A DNA stretch of 64,000 nt from Candidatus Latescibacterota bacterium (GCA_965223905.1 CBDCXV010000011.1:256001-320000), one strand, 5' to 3'; positions 29,171 through 40,492 are shown, counted from the first letter of the stretch. The notes: generated by a model not told the origin, from the sequence alone. A program made the numbers and translations.

Positions 29171-29896
29171 TCAGTCTATTAGAGGACGCTCCAGGAACAC
29201 CGTCACCCCGAGGTCGGCGTACATTGGCCTGCGGTCAGCGGTCCCGGTGCGAAAGCAGATCGCTGTTTCCGTTCCGGCGATTGATTTCGCGATCGCTCCG
29301 ACACATTCCTCGACCGATCTGTATGGAGGATGGGGATGTGCCTCGATGTCAAACCCCAGATCGGAAGGCCCAATCGACAGGCAGTCGACCCCAGGTCTGG
29401 CGAGCTTGTGGGCGTGCAACGTCGCCGAAAGTGACTCTATCTGCAGCCAAAGCACGCCGTTCTCGTTCCACCAGTCGGCGTAGGCCCTGGGGTCGGGTAA
29501 AACGCCGATCTTGCGCCGCGCTCCTCCTCCCAGGCTCCGTCTCCCCACCGGAGGGTAGTAAAAGTTCTCGACCGCTTCATTGGCGGTCTGCCCCGTTTCA
29601 GTCTGGGGCACTTCGATACCTCCGGCCCCGAGGTCCAGGTAGTTGCCGATCAGCTGGCAGTGCATCGCGTGTTTGATCCGGAAGCGCACAGGAAGGTCGA
29701 ACTCATCTGCCAGGGCACAGAATTGAACCAACTGCGAGTCATCGACCGCAGAATGCTGCCCGTCCGTGAACACGAACTCGTACGACTCCTGGTCCATGGC
29801 GCGCTCGAAGTACTCCTTGGTCGCCGAAATCGGAGCTCCCAAACCGATGACGGTTTGGCCGCTGCGAATTCGCTGCTTCAGTCCACTCGCTTTCAC
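29171..29896 (-). CDS. HpcH/HpaI aldolase/citrate lyase family protein
   Basis: FVFTDGQHS, LDLGAGGIEVP, YPPVGRRS, LQIES, IGPSDL. Confidence 0.88.
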   Translation of the reverse strand: MKASGLKQRIRSGQTVIGLGAPISATKEYFERAMDQESYEFVFTDGQHSAVDDSQLVQFCALADEFDLPVRFRIKHAMHCQLIGNYLDLGAGGIEVPQTETGQTANEAVENFYYPPVGRRSLGGGARRKIGVLPDPRAYADWWNENGVLWLQIESLSATLHAHKLARPGVDCLSIGPSDLGFDIEAHPHPPYRSVEECVGAIAKSIAGTETAICFRTGTADRRPMYADLGVTVFLERPLID

Positions 29897-30073
29897 GATT
29901 TTTCCTTTCCGGTCCGAATGATTTGATCCGGGCGCGCGTCCGACCAGAGGTAAGGGTCCGCTATTGAATCGTCCGCATGCGCCGGAGGCGCCGGCCAAAT
30001 CAATTGCACCAGCCTCCGAACTCCAAGCCTCGGCCCCTTGCCCCCTGGGACTCCCTCTTCGGAGGTTGTGATC

Positions 30074-31588
30074 ATGCATCAGCGCATCTGTTCATCAGCT
30101 GCCGGGGCGCTCGGGTGGCTCCTCGCAGCGGCACCCGGGACTTCGCAGAATGCCGACACACTGGCTGCCCCCTCGGTCATTGGCTCGATTTCCGTTCAGG
30201 GAAACAGCCGCACTCGCACCGAGGTAATCAGGCGCGAGCTGTTATTCACCTGTGGGGAACCCCTGGACACCAACTTTGTGAGGGAGAGCGAGCGCAACCT
30301 TCGCCGGCTTCTTTTCCTCGGTAACGTGCGCGTGCGCATGCTGCCGGCCGCGTCGGCATCCGACAGCGTCGACATCTCAGTGGTAGTGAGAGACCTGTAC
30401 TCGCGGGCAATATCTCCTCTCTTCTCCGGGGAGGTGGGCGAGGTCAGCTACGGTCTCGTCGCCCTCGATTACAACTTTCTCGGGCGTGGCCAAGTGGTTC
30501 AGGCGACCGCCCGTCGGGATGCCGTTTCGGGAACCAGCGCCGGCATGCTCTACCGGGAGCCGCGGTTGCTGGGTTCCCGCTTCGGTTTGCGCACCCAGCT
30601 CGAACTCGCCGAAGAAGGGCACCTCGCCACCCTTTCCTTTTTGCAGCCTCACCATTCCCTGTCGTCCCGGTGGAGCTACGGCGCGGCATTGCGCAGCTCG
30701 GAAAGCCTGGTACGGCGGTACTCTACTGGAAGGCTGACGGCGCGCTATCGCAGCAGCCTGGGGGCGGCCAGCTTCTGGGCAGGTCATTCGGCCGGGGATC
30801 GGATCAAGGTCAGATCGAGTGTTCGGCTCGAGGTCTCCGACCGGGCCTTCGACCCGACGCGTCCCTTCTCCCATGCGCCGGAAGACCGGAGACGGGTTGT
30901 CGTCAGCACCGGCATCCTCATTTGGCAGCCCCGGTATGCCCGGGCACGCTTCCTGCAGTTCCTGGGACGGACGGAAGACCTCCAGATCGGAAGCTGGGGC
31001 GGTGCAAGCCTCTCCATCTCCCACAGAGCCCTGGGCTCGAACCGAACCTATCCCGCGATCGCCTTTCAGGGAGCTCCCCGTCTCAACCCGCGGCCCGGCG
31101 TGTACCTGTTATCCAGTTTTTTCGCAAGCACCCGCATTGAAGACGGGGCCTTGGCTCACTTCATCACGTCGTCCCGATTCCAAGCTTACGTGCGGATTCT
31201 AAAGGTTCACAGCGTCACCTTCCGCGGCAGTTACGCCGCGATTGCGCGGCCCGAAGACCCAACGCAGTACCTGCTGGGGCTGAACCGGGGCCTTCGAGGC
31301 TATCCCCCGAGGAGCTTCGACGGCCGCCGAAGGCTGCTCTTCAACCTGGAGGCCCGCCCGACGATCAAACGCACCGGCCTCTACGTACTGGCGGGTGCCG
31401 TTTTTTTCGATGCCGGGGATGTGTGGTACGGAGGGGAAGAAATCGACCTGAAACCGGCTTCCGGCCTTGGGGTGCGGTTGGGATTGCCGCGGATTTACGA
31501 CTCCCCGATCATGCGCGCCGACCTGGCTCGCGGACTGGCCAGGGGCGGTGTCTGGCAGCTTTCCTTCGGGATCGGTCAGTTCTTCTAG
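30074..31588 (+). CDS. Omp85 (BamA/TamA-like) outer membrane protein with a single POTRA
   Basis: GNSRTRTEVIRREL, NFLGRG, LRGY, FFDAG, C-terminal GIGQFF; GGAGG RBS. Confidence 0.85.
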   Translation: MHQRICSSAAGALGWLLAAAPGTSQNADTLAAPSVIGSISVQGNSRTRTEVIRRELLFTCGEPLDTNFVRESERNLRRLLFLGNVRVRMLPAASASDSVDISVVVRDLYSRAISPLFSGEVGEVSYGLVALDYNFLGRGQVVQATARRDAVSGTSAGMLYREPRLLGSRFGLRTQLELAEEGHLATLSFLQPHHSLSSRWSYGAALRSSESLVRRYSTGRLTARYRSSLGAASFWAGHSAGDRIKVRSSVRLEVSDRAFDPTRPFSHAPEDRRRVVVSTGILIWQPRYARARFLQFLGRTEDLQIGSWGGASLSISHRALGSNRTYPAIAFQGAPRLNPRPGVYLLSSFFASTRIEDGALAHFITSSRFQAYVRILKVHSVTFRGSYAAIARPEDPTQYLLGLNRGLRGYPPRSFDGRRRLLFNLEARPTIKRTGLYVLAGAVFFDAGDVWYGGEEIDLKPASGLGVRLGLPRIYDSPIMRADLARGLARGGVWQLSFGIGQFF

Positions 31589-31624
31589 CGAAGTCAAGGC
31601 AGCGGTGCCTCCGCCGTGGAACCT

Positions 31625-32791
31625 TCAGCGAATCTCGCGCACCGACAGGCGAACTTTTTCCGGACTCACCCCCAGAATTTCCAGGGCTGTCGGATGGCGC
31701 ACATCGACACCAGAAATGGCGAAGGTCCGGCGTTTGAGTTTGACGAGCGAGGTATTGTCGATCACCAGTTGGAAATCCTCCGGACTGGCCAGTAGCAATT
31801 CCCGTCGCGGGCCTGCCACTTTCACCTCCACCACGTCCGGATCGACTCCATCGAGAACATACCCTTCCGGCATGCTTCCTACCACCACCGGAACCGGGAG
31901 GGTTACTTGATCTACTGTCGAGCCCGGCACCAGCACCGTCCAACTGGCCAAGGCCAGGGCAAAGGCGGCAACCGCCTCCAGCCCTCGGCGCCATAGCTGC
32001 CGCCATTTTTCCCGACCCGGGCCCAGGCCCGACCTCGGGGCGAGTGTCGCCAAATGCCCGCGTAAAACGTCGATCAGATGGTCCGGATTTTCGAGGACCT
32101 GTAACTCACCAGCACTGGCCACCGCTACCGTTCCGCGCTCTTCCGACACCACCACGCAAAGCGCATCACAGCGTTCCGCCAGCCCCCGTGCGGCGGCGTG
32201 CCGCGTACCACCCGGTCCCAGGTGGGGATGATCTTCGGAGATCGGGAGAAGAACGGCGAAGCGTCCCAGACGATCTCCCTGGACGAGGACGGCGCCGTCG
32301 TGGCCCGGTGACCGGGGATCGAAAATACTCAGGAGGAGTTCTTCGCTGATCGCCGCATCCAGCGCTATTCCACCGAGCAGATGGCGTTCTACCGGCTCCC
32401 GGCCCGGAACGACCACCAACGCACCGATTTGCGCGCGCGCAAGGCGTAGCAAGGCGCCAGCCAAGGTGGCAATGCCATCGGTCCGGGTACGCGCCGGACG
32501 GCGGCGCAGCCCGAGGACAGCGATCTGCTCGAAGAGACGCCGAAGGTCATCCTGGAATACAACCACCAGCAGGATGACCACCACCGCGAAGAAGCCTTGG
32601 AAGAACCACGCGGTCAGCTGCAGTTCCAGCTGAAGTGCCAGGAGGTAGAACACCCCCAGGAAGGCCAGGCCGAGAAGGGCCAGGCTGGCATGTACGCGAC
32701 GCGCCCAGGCCATCAGGGCCCAGAGCAGCAGGCTCACCACCCCCACGTCGGCAAGCTCGCCCCACCCTATCTCGAGCAGCGAGCCCAGCAT
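31625..32791 (-). CDS. Diadenylate cyclase (CdaA-type) fused to a YbbR-like domain
   Basis: 3 N-terminal TMs, VVFQDDLRR, SIFDPRSPGHDGAV, GTRHAAA, VVVSEERG; further TM and YbbR-like C-terminus. Confidence 0.88.
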   Translation of the reverse strand: MLGSLLEIGWGELADVGVVSLLLWALMAWARRVHASLALLGLAFLGVFYLLALQLELQLTAWFFQGFFAVVVILLVVVFQDDLRRLFEQIAVLGLRRRPARTRTDGIATLAGALLRLARAQIGALVVVPGREPVERHLLGGIALDAAISEELLLSIFDPRSPGHDGAVLVQGDRLGRFAVLLPISEDHPHLGPGGTRHAAARGLAERCDALCVVVSEERGTVAVASAGELQVLENPDHLIDVLRGHLATLAPRSGLGPGREKWRQLWRRGLEAVAAFALALASWTVLVPGSTVDQVTLPVPVVVGSMPEGYVLDGVDPDVVEVKVAGPRRELLLASPEDFQLVIDNTSLVKLKRRTFAISGVDVRHPTALEILGVSPEKVRLSVREIR

Positions 32792-33015
32792 GCAGCATCA
32801 CTTCCGCGAGAAGGGTCCACGGCCCTCGCGGTGAAGGAGCGAACCAAGGCACCTGAAGAGGTGCCCCATCTTTCGACGGGCGTAGCCATACGCGCCGTAT
32901 CGAACGCAACAAGGTTGCTCAGTTGGTGGGATAGAGCAGGGGAGAGATGTACGGAAAGGGCGTCCACGACCTCTCCTAGTCGTGGACGCCCCACTATGGC
33001 AACGGGTCGGAGGGC

Positions 33016-34098
33016 CTACTCAGAGATAATGATCTCCACCCGGCGATTTTGCCGACGCCCCTCCTTGGTGGCATTGCGGGCGACCGGTTCTTTCTCGCCC
33101 TTGGATTCGAGGCTCATGCGTCCGGCGTCGATCCCCTTGGACATCAAGTACTTCTGGACCGACACTGCCCGCCTCATACCCAGCCTGGAGTTGTACCAGA
33201 CGCTGCCCGTGCTGTCCGTGTGGCCGCGCAGCATCACCCCGATCTCAGGTAGCTCCCCCAGATCCATGACAACGTCGTCGAGGATCCCCATGGCTTCGCT
33301 GGAAAGCTTTGCCGAATTCAGGGCGAACAGGACCACTCTTGGAGCCGGCATTTCCATCTCGGGCTCTTCGGCCACCTCTTCCATCGGGGGTTCCGGTTCG
33401 GGGGCCGGTTCCTCGACAGGGGGAGCGACCACAGGTTCAGCCACAGGAGCCACCGGGGCGAGTGGGCGCGGCGGCGGGCCGAAGCTGCCGAGAGTCAGCC
33501 CGACTCTCCCTTGCAGAGAGTCATCGTTGCCCCCGTCCTCGACCGCATTGACCGCGTCGCTGAGGACCATCGCATAGCCGACCGAGACTTCCAGGGCCAG
33601 ATTGTCCGACAATTTGTACTGGATACCGATGCCAAGGGGAATCATTGGAACCCGGTCGATGACGGCGAGTCCCGGGGTGCGCAAAGGGGAAATTCCCCGC
33701 TGCTGATCTTCCTGATCCCAATCGTAGCGCAGGAGGCCGACACCGCCTGAAAAGAACAGATTCCACTGGCTGCTGGTGATGGGGCTGAACAGCAGTCGGC
33801 CACTGACCGTCCCCACATCGGTTCCCGAGTCCACGGCCTGGATGCGCTCGTATCCCCCGTTCAACTCGAACTGCAGTTTGGGGAGAAAACCGCGCCGCAC
33901 ATAGCCAGTCCCCCGAATGCCGATCTCGTCCTCCAACTCGGTGACAGGCAACAGGCCGCCCGCATTGATTCCGATGGAGAGACCAGGGGTCTCACCGGGA
34001 TCGAACTGGGCTGGGGCAGGCGAGGCCAACATCAAACCGCCTGCGATGAGCGCGAGAACCGCGAGTGAGAACTGCTGGAATGAGTGCGTGATTTTCAT
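33016..34098 (-). CDS. OmpA family protein
   Basis: Signal peptide, barrel, Pro/Glu linker, GHTDSTG...RRAVSV...NRRVEI. Confidence 0.92.
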   Translation of the reverse strand: MKITHSFQQFSLAVLALIAGGLMLASPAPAQFDPGETPGLSIGINAGGLLPVTELEDEIGIRGTGYVRRGFLPKLQFELNGGYERIQAVDSGTDVGTVSGRLLFSPITSSQWNLFFSGGVGLLRYDWDQEDQQRGISPLRTPGLAVIDRVPMIPLGIGIQYKLSDNLALEVSVGYAMVLSDAVNAVEDGGNDDSLQGRVGLTLGSFGPPPRPLAPVAPVAEPVVAPPVEEPAPEPEPPMEEVAEEPEMEMPAPRVVLFALNSAKLSSEAMGILDDVVMDLGELPEIGVMLRGHTDSTGSVWYNSRLGMRRAVSVQKYLMSKGIDAGRMSLESKGEKEPVARNATKEGRRQNRRVEIIISE

Positions 34099-34124
34099 AT
34101 CTGTTCTCTTTCCGTTCAGTGGAA

Positions 34125-34168
34125 AATGCCTACGCCTTAATTATAATGCCTACGCCTTAATTATAATG
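34125..34168. repeat. 20-bp tandem duplication in the ompA upstream region
   Basis: AATGCCTACGCCTTAATTAT x2; each copy gives TATAAT on both strands. Confidence 0.9.
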
Positions 34169-34275
34169 GAGATTGATAAAGTTGGCGCAAGAAAATTTCG
34201 CGCTTCGACGCAATGTCCGGGCTTGCAGGCCGCCATCGGCCTCCCATGCGAGCAAATTCCGCCCCTTCGGGCGAC

Positions 34276-36041
34276 CTAAAGATCCAGACTCAGACGTCCG
34301 TAGTAGAACCCCCCATTGGTGCCGAACTGGGTTACCCGCCGGCTGTACACGAAGCCGCGAGAGCCGATGTTGGCCTCTTTTTCGTGCTCGTCCGGGTAGG
34401 TGTTCAACAGGTTGTTGGCTCCCACCGATAGATTGACCCCCCGGGATAACCTCGCAGGCCACGTCCAAATCGATGAGGGTCTTGCCCCCGAAAGTCTCCT
34501 CGTGGTCCTGGTTGGTGGGCTTGTACTCGGCTGAACCGTAGTAAGTGGCCGCGGCCGGGATGCCGACACGTTTCAGGTTGTAGCGCGCTGACAGGTTGAA
34601 CTTGGTCCGCGGCAACGCGTCCTCGAAGCGGTTCCGTTCCTCGCGGTTGAACAGGGTGCCCCTGATGACTTCGCGCTCGGCGCCGTTCGGCGAAAGGAAA
34701 CAGGGCTGGCCACCCCATGGAGGCGTTGTTCGTATTCTCGATATTCCACTGGAAGCTGTTGCCCCCCTGGGCAACGCTGAAATCGACGTCCCAGGCCCCC
34801 TTGGCCCCGCGCACGCCGGCGCTGAAGGAGCGGTCCTGATATCCGGGTTGATCTGGGGAAGGAAGCCGTTGGGGTAGAGTTCGAACACCACCCGTTCCGG
34901 CTGGCTGCCCGGCAGGCGATAGAACCCGGTGGCCTTGCCCCTGCGGTACGACAGTCCTCCAAAGCTGTAGAGCTGGGCTCCTCCGCCCAGGGGATTCACG
35001 GCGTTGTAGAAGGTCGCGCCCACCGTGGCCTTGCTCTGCCCGATCTTCATGTTGAATGCGTCCCGCCGCAGGTCGTTTTCTTGCAGCCACATTGTGTCGG
35101 CGCCCGTGTAGAGACCGCCGCGGGCAGTGCGGCCGCGATCGAAGAACTCTCCGGTCACGTTGATGACGCCCCCGTTCTCAAGTGCAAAACCGTAGTCACG
35201 TCGGTCTTGACCTGGTCGCCGTCCCCTTCTCCAGTAGTTCCCATCAGGCTGTTGAGCTGGAGGCTTTCGGTGTTCTCCTTCAGAACGATATTGATCACCC
35301 CGGCGATGGCGTCCGAGCCGTACTGGGCCGCTGCCCCGTCGCGCAGGATCTCGATGCGCTCGACCGCGGCCTTGGGAATGGCGCTGAGGTCCACCCCGAC
35401 CGTGCTCCGGCCGAAGGTGCCGTTGACGTGCACCAAGGCGCTGGAGTGGCGGCGCTTGCCGTTGACAAGCACCAGCACCTGGTCGGGGCCCAGTCCGCGA
35501 AGGCTGGAAGGGTTGATGTGGTCGGTACCGTCGGAAATGGTCTGGTGGGAGGCGTTGAAGGAAGGGGCCAGCTGGCGCAGTGTCTGGTTGATCTCGGTTT
35601 CGCCGGATTGGCGGATCTCGCTCTCCGAAAGGACATCGACCGGCGCCGGGGTCTCCAGGACAGTTCGCACGGTCCGCGATCCGACCACCACCACTTCGTC
35701 CCCCGTCAAGGTTCGCTCGACCAGCTCGAAATCGACCTCCACCGTGTCTCCGGCGGCAATCTCGACGGCGCGCCGGACGGACTGGTAGCCGATGAAGGTC
35801 ACCTGCAGGGTATGGGCGCCTGGAGACACGCTCAGCCCGAAACTCCCCTCCCCGGTCCGTAACCGTTCCCCTGGCGGTGCCGACGACGTGCAGATTCGCC
35901 CCTGGAAGCGGACTGGCGAATTCGCTGTCGGTGACCTTTCCCCGAATCGTGCCCTGCCGGGCCAGGAGCGGAGAGACCGCCAGGACCGCAGCGCGGTTAG
36001 TTGAAGTGTGGGGCGCATCGATTGTTTTCCTTCTTTTTCAT
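34276..36041 (-). pseudogene. TonB-dependent receptor, fragmented and internally deleted
   Basis: GTIRGKVTD..PLPGAN; EVVVVGSR; plug LRGLGPDQVLVLVNGKRRH..ERIEILRDGAAAQYGSDAIAGVINIVLK; C-term VGANNLLNTYPD..FGTNGGFYYGRL; spread over several frames and only ~1.8 kb long. Confidence 0.88.
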
Positions 36042-36256
36042 GGTTCCTTACGCTCTCACGACAGGGATCCCGGGCACGTCAAACTTCCCGAAATGAGGTG
36101 GTTGGATGGTGAGTCCACGATAGCCGGCATCTTAACAATCAAATCTCCAAACCTCAAAATCTAACGAACCTCAAAATCAAATCTCTCCCATTCCGCGATC
36201 CCTGGCCAGTTGCCGGCAGGACCTCTTCTGGTTCCGCTTCTCCTCCACCAGATTCC

Positions 36257-37489
36257 TCACCGGGCGGCGAGGCGCGTCACAAGCGCCCCCAGCCGCTCGA
36301 GCTCGCTTCCGGGCATGTCGGGATCGAACGGCAGGTACACGGCGTCGGCAAGCCGCTCGGCTCCGGGAGCCGGGGAGTCGCCGTCCGACACCACGCTCAA
36401 CCGTTCCGACATGGCATCGAACCCTTGGCTGCGAAGGTGGCTCTTCACCGCTTCCCGGTCGCGGACGAGCACCGGGACCATCCAGTAGGCATGCGTGAGC
36501 GCGTCGCGGGTAGGCAGCTCGACCTCGCGACCAAGGGTCCGGAACAGGGCGCAGCCCGGTTCTACGCGGCGGGTGACCGGGGCTTCCCCCTCCCCCAGCC
36601 TGCGCTCAAGCAGACCGAGAAGTGCGGCACAGGGACGGCGGCGGATGTGGGGCATGAGCGACTCACGAGGAACGTTGCGAGTGACGGCGCGAATCCAGCT
36701 TTCGCGGTCGAAAACCAGAAGGTTGGCCAGAGAGACCAGGGCAGCGAAAATCGACGGCGTGGAAGCCCATTTCAGAACGCCGAAAAGCAGCACACGGCGC
36801 AAGAACTCCCGCGTCGGTTGGACCGGGTCCCGCTCCAGGATAGCTGTCATTTCGGCGCGCAGTTGCGGGTGGCGCACGCGGGCGATCGCCCCGCCGAAGG
36901 CCGTAGCGATCTTCATGGGTCCGAAGGAAAAGAGCGTCAGGTCGGCTTGCTGGTGGCCGGACCAGCCAGGTCCCGCGTACGCCTGGGCACAGTCTTCCAC
37001 GACGGCGACGCCATACCGGCGAGCGACGGCTACCGCCGGCTCCACGTCGAGGCGGGCTCCGAACAGGTGGGCGAGAACGACGGCCCGGGTGCGCGGCCCG
37101 ATAAGCCGTTCGAGCGCGCGCGCGTCCCACGCCGTCGTCAGCGGGTCGATGTCGAGAGGTACCGGCCGCAGACCGTGCTGCCTGGCGATGTGGGGCATGT
37201 CCGGCACGGTCAGGGCACTGAAGATGATCTCGTCTCCAGAGTTCCACCGCTTCGCCCGAAGGAACAGGTCGAACGCCGAGCGCGCCGTCAGGCATGTGAT
37301 GGCGTCGTGGTCCTCGCACCACAGGCTCTCGATCCGTGCTGCGACCCTTTCCCGGGGCTGCGGATACAGGCACGACTTGAGGGCGAAACGCCAGTCGGCC
37401 CAAGTAAAATCGAACCGCTTGCAGGGCCAGATCATGCGCCGCGGTCCAGCCCTCCGGGCTTCCCCGGATTCAGGTAGATTGCCGGTCAT
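36257..37489 (-). CDS. DegT/DnrJ/EryC1/StrS family PLP-dependent aminotransferase
   Basis: HLFG, VEDCAQA, FSFGPMKIATAFGGA. Confidence 0.85.
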   Translation of the reverse strand: MTGNLPESGEARRAGPRRMIWPCKRFDFTWADWRFALKSCLYPQPRERVAARIESLWCEDHDAITCLTARSAFDLFLRAKRWNSGDEIIFSALTVPDMPHIARQHGLRPVPLDIDPLTTAWDARALERLIGPRTRAVVLAHLFGARLDVEPAVAVARRYGVAVVEDCAQAYAGPGWSGHQQADLTLFSFGPMKIATAFGGAIARVRHPQLRAEMTAILERDPVQPTREFLRRVLLFGVLKWASTPSIFAALVSLANLLVFDRESWIRAVTRNVPRESLMPHIRRRPCAALLGLLERRLGEGEAPVTRRVEPGCALFRTLGREVELPTRDALTHAYWMVPVLVRDREAVKSHLRSQGFDAMSERLSVVSDGDSPAPGAERLADAVYLPFDPDMPGSELERLGALVTRLAAR

Positions 37490-37686
37490 GATCGAAAGGG
37501 AAGAAGTGAAGAACCGATCTTCATCCTGACGAAGGCTGGTGCAGTTCCTGCCATTCGTACGAGGCTTATTCCGGTTGAACCTCGTTCAGGTCCCCAGGAA
37601 ACAGAGCAGGTCCCTCAATATTCCTCCTGATTGTCGCCTGTCTGCTTTTCAAATCGACCGTCACACCACGGGAATCAGGGCACCCC

Positions 37687-38954
37687 TGGAGTAACCCCGA
37701 TTTCACGGACAGTTTCCGTTTGGGTTTGCACCCTTTGCCAGGTGATATCTCTCGTAGTTGGCGGGAGCCCGTTGTCCCAGGGCGGAATGCCGCCGATCAA
37801 GGATTGTACCAGGCTTCCAGGTACTCGAAAACCGCCACGCGGGCTTCAGACTGAGTAGCAAAGCTATGACGATTCATCAGCTCCCTCTCCAAAGTGGCGA
37901 AAAAGCTCTCGCACAGGCATTGTGGTAGCAATCACCGACCGATCGACGGTCGCACCCCGGCTTGGCGGCAGCGCATCCCGAAGGCCAAGGCGGTATACTG
38001 ACTGCCGTGATCGGAGTGGTGAATCACCGAGCGCAGACGACGCTGGCCCAATGCCATGTCGAGGGCGTTCAAAACGAGCTGCGTACGCAGATGGCTCGCC
38101 ATGGCCCAGCCCACCACCCGGCGGCTCCAAGTGTCGACCACCACCCTCAGATACAAAAATTCCGACCCCGTGGGGATGTAGGCGATGTCGGCGACCCACA
38201 GCTCATTTGGGCCGAAGGCCGAAAACATCCGCTCGAGGTCGGAAGCTACCCGGCCCTGCAGCTACGGCAGGTCGTGGAGATCTTGCGTCGGCGACCTACG
38301 TCCCGCACCCCGAGTTCACGCATCAATCGGGCCACACGCTTGCGGCCGACGGCTTGTCCCCTCGGCCGGTTCGGCCTGATCCTCGGCGCCCATCTATATG
38401 TTCCTCGGGAGCGTTGGTGGATCTGCTCGACACGCGCCTTGAGCACGGCATCGGCCCGGGCGCGACACGACGGCGGGCGCTGCAACAAGGCGTAGTAGCC
38501 GCTGGAGGAGACCTTCAACGCGCGGCACATCGCCGTCCGGAAAGTGGGCTTGGTGCGATCTCATGAACTCGTAGACGGACCGGAGTTGCGAGTCGGCCTC
38601 GCGAGCGAACCAAGCCGTGGCTTTTGCCAGAATGTCCCGTTCGATACGCAGTTGCTTGTTCTCCCGGCGAAGGCACCGCAGATCCTGCTGCTGCGGGGCT
38701 GGGCCCATCGCGGCGCACCACTTCCTCGCGTTCGGCCTGCATCACCAAGTTGCGGATCGTCTGCCCGGACGGCTCGAATTCCTTGGCCAGCGCCTCCGGG
38801 TTTCGGCTCGTACGAGTTCCACCATCTGTTGCCGGAAATCCGGCGGATACGGGGCATGCGATTTCGGCATGAAGGACATCCTCCTTCTCTTTCCCAAGAA
38901 ATCCTCCTTCTCTTTCCCAAGAAATGAAGTATCCACAAAATCGGGTCAACTCCA
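37687..38954 (-). mobile_element. Degenerate IS3-family element
   Basis: TG...CA ends with IRs TGGAGTAACCCCGATTT / TGGAGTTGACCCGATTT; CCCC flanks both sides; orfA (MPKSHAPYPPDFRQQMVELV) and orfB (WVADIAY, VVDTWSRRVVGW, HHSDHGSQY) frameshifted. Confidence 0.88.
38878..38923. repeat. 23-bp tandem duplication of the IS3 orfA RBS region
   Basis: ATCCTCCTTCTCTTTCCCAAGAA x2. Confidence 0.9.
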
Positions 38955-39085
38955 CCCCATCCCAAGTCGAGTCGTGCAGTACAGGATCTTGGAACACAAC
39001 CTTGTTGTCAGGCCCGAGAAACGGAAACGTCCTGATCTTAGCCATCCCCTTGATTCGGTGATACCCACCATTCTGTATCCTCACT

Positions 39086-40412
39086 CACTACTGTCCGGTT
39101 ATAAGTCGAATAAAGTCAACTGGTTACAAAGATGCTCTGATTGGTATTGGGAGTTGATTCTCGTAAGCAATTGTAAAATATCGACTTTCTCGAACAGCGA
39201 AACGGTGAAGAGTTGCAGGATTTCGGCCAGACGGCGGTCGACGTGTAGCTGCTTCTTGACGATGGCCACGAGCACGTACGTGCTGATAGCGATCCAGATC
39301 TGGGTCTTGACCGCGTTCTCGGAGGTGCCGAAGAACCCTTTGATTTGCAGATGGTGTTTGATCCACTTGAAGAACAACTCCACCTGCCAGCGGCATTTGT
39401 ACAACTGCGGGATGGTCAAGGCGGGAAGGACGAAATGATTGGTGAGAAAAACGAACCGCTTCGCCGTCTCGAGGTCGAAGTAGCTGATGCGCGCAGGGCA
39501 TCGGGGTAGTCTTGTGAGGTCCCGGGTCCGTGCAGTACGATGGTCTGGTCGCTGCGCAAGCCGGTGCTTTTGTCGACCGGGCGCGACATACGCCGAGTAT
39601 AATCCAGATTGCGTTTGGCGCGGATGACAAAGAACGCGGCCTGCTGCGTGAAGGTATACAGCCGGGCGAAGTCGATGTACCCGCGGTCCATGATGTAGAA
39701 GGCGCCCGGTTCCAGAATCAATTCGTCGAGCAGGCCGACATCGTGCGTCTTCCCCTCTGTAATGCGAATAAAACAGGGGATATTGCCGCGTAGATCCATC
39801 AACGTGTGAAGCTTGATGGCGGCTTTGCGCTGACGGAATCGGGCCCACGGAAACAGCGAAAGACACCGATCGATGGTGCTGGAATCGAAGACATACGCGG
39901 TCTCTTCGAGTTGTACTCCGAAGTCGTCTTGACTGTATAGCTTGCGGGCGTGGCCAATGAGCACCTGAGCGAAGTCGGCGTAGATGCGCCAGTCCCGGTT
40001 CTCGTTGGCATCGGCCAGGGTGCTCCTGGAAACCGGGTATCGAAGGCCGGCATGATACAGCTTGGGCTGCATCGCGCGTAAACAGGTCTCGATGTCCCGT
40101 AGGCTTTCCCGACCGGTGAGCTGCGCAAAGGCCATGCACAGAAACTGATCGCGACACTTGAAGTGCCGTGTCCTGTAATTGCCATGGTACCGACGTACGC
40201 ATCTGTTGAACTCGTGCCTGGGTAGGAAATCCATGAGCTGTGAGAATACCATTCGTCCCGTAGGCATCGGCCATTCCCTCCCTCGCTAAATGCAGCGCTG
40301 AATGGCCCAAATCTACGATCGATTTCAAATCGACAACGGTCATTTATTCGCACAACTCATTGTAGATGCATTACTTACACGATTTTTAAAAGCGCTCAAC
40401 CGGACAGTAGTG
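39086..40412 (-). mobile_element. IS4-family element (DUF4372-type)
   Basis: Perfect 15-bp TIR CACTACTGTCCGGTT / AACCGGACAGTAGTG; flanks ATCCTCACT / ATCCTCACC. Confidence 0.9.
39099..40267 (-). pseudogene. IS4 transposase with one frameshift (~39500)
   Basis: FAQLTGRESLRDIE, FDSSTID, IKLHTL, IMDRGY in one frame; FVFLTN..LYKCRWQVELFFKWIK..GTSENAVKTQIW in another. Confidence 0.88.
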
Positions 40413-40492
40413 ATCCTCACCCAAGAATATGAAAGGAGCGGTCGAATCCCTCCTTCAAGGCTGCGCCCCGAATTCAAACACTCCTGGTACGC

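Noticed and set aside
34125-38923. Short direct repeats as CRISPR remnants
   Set aside because: Two-copy adjacent duplications with no spacers, and no cas genes
37540-39085. Gene interrupted by the IS3 and IS4 insertions
   Set aside because: Joining the flanks gives only short ORFs (under 80 aa) with no recognisable features
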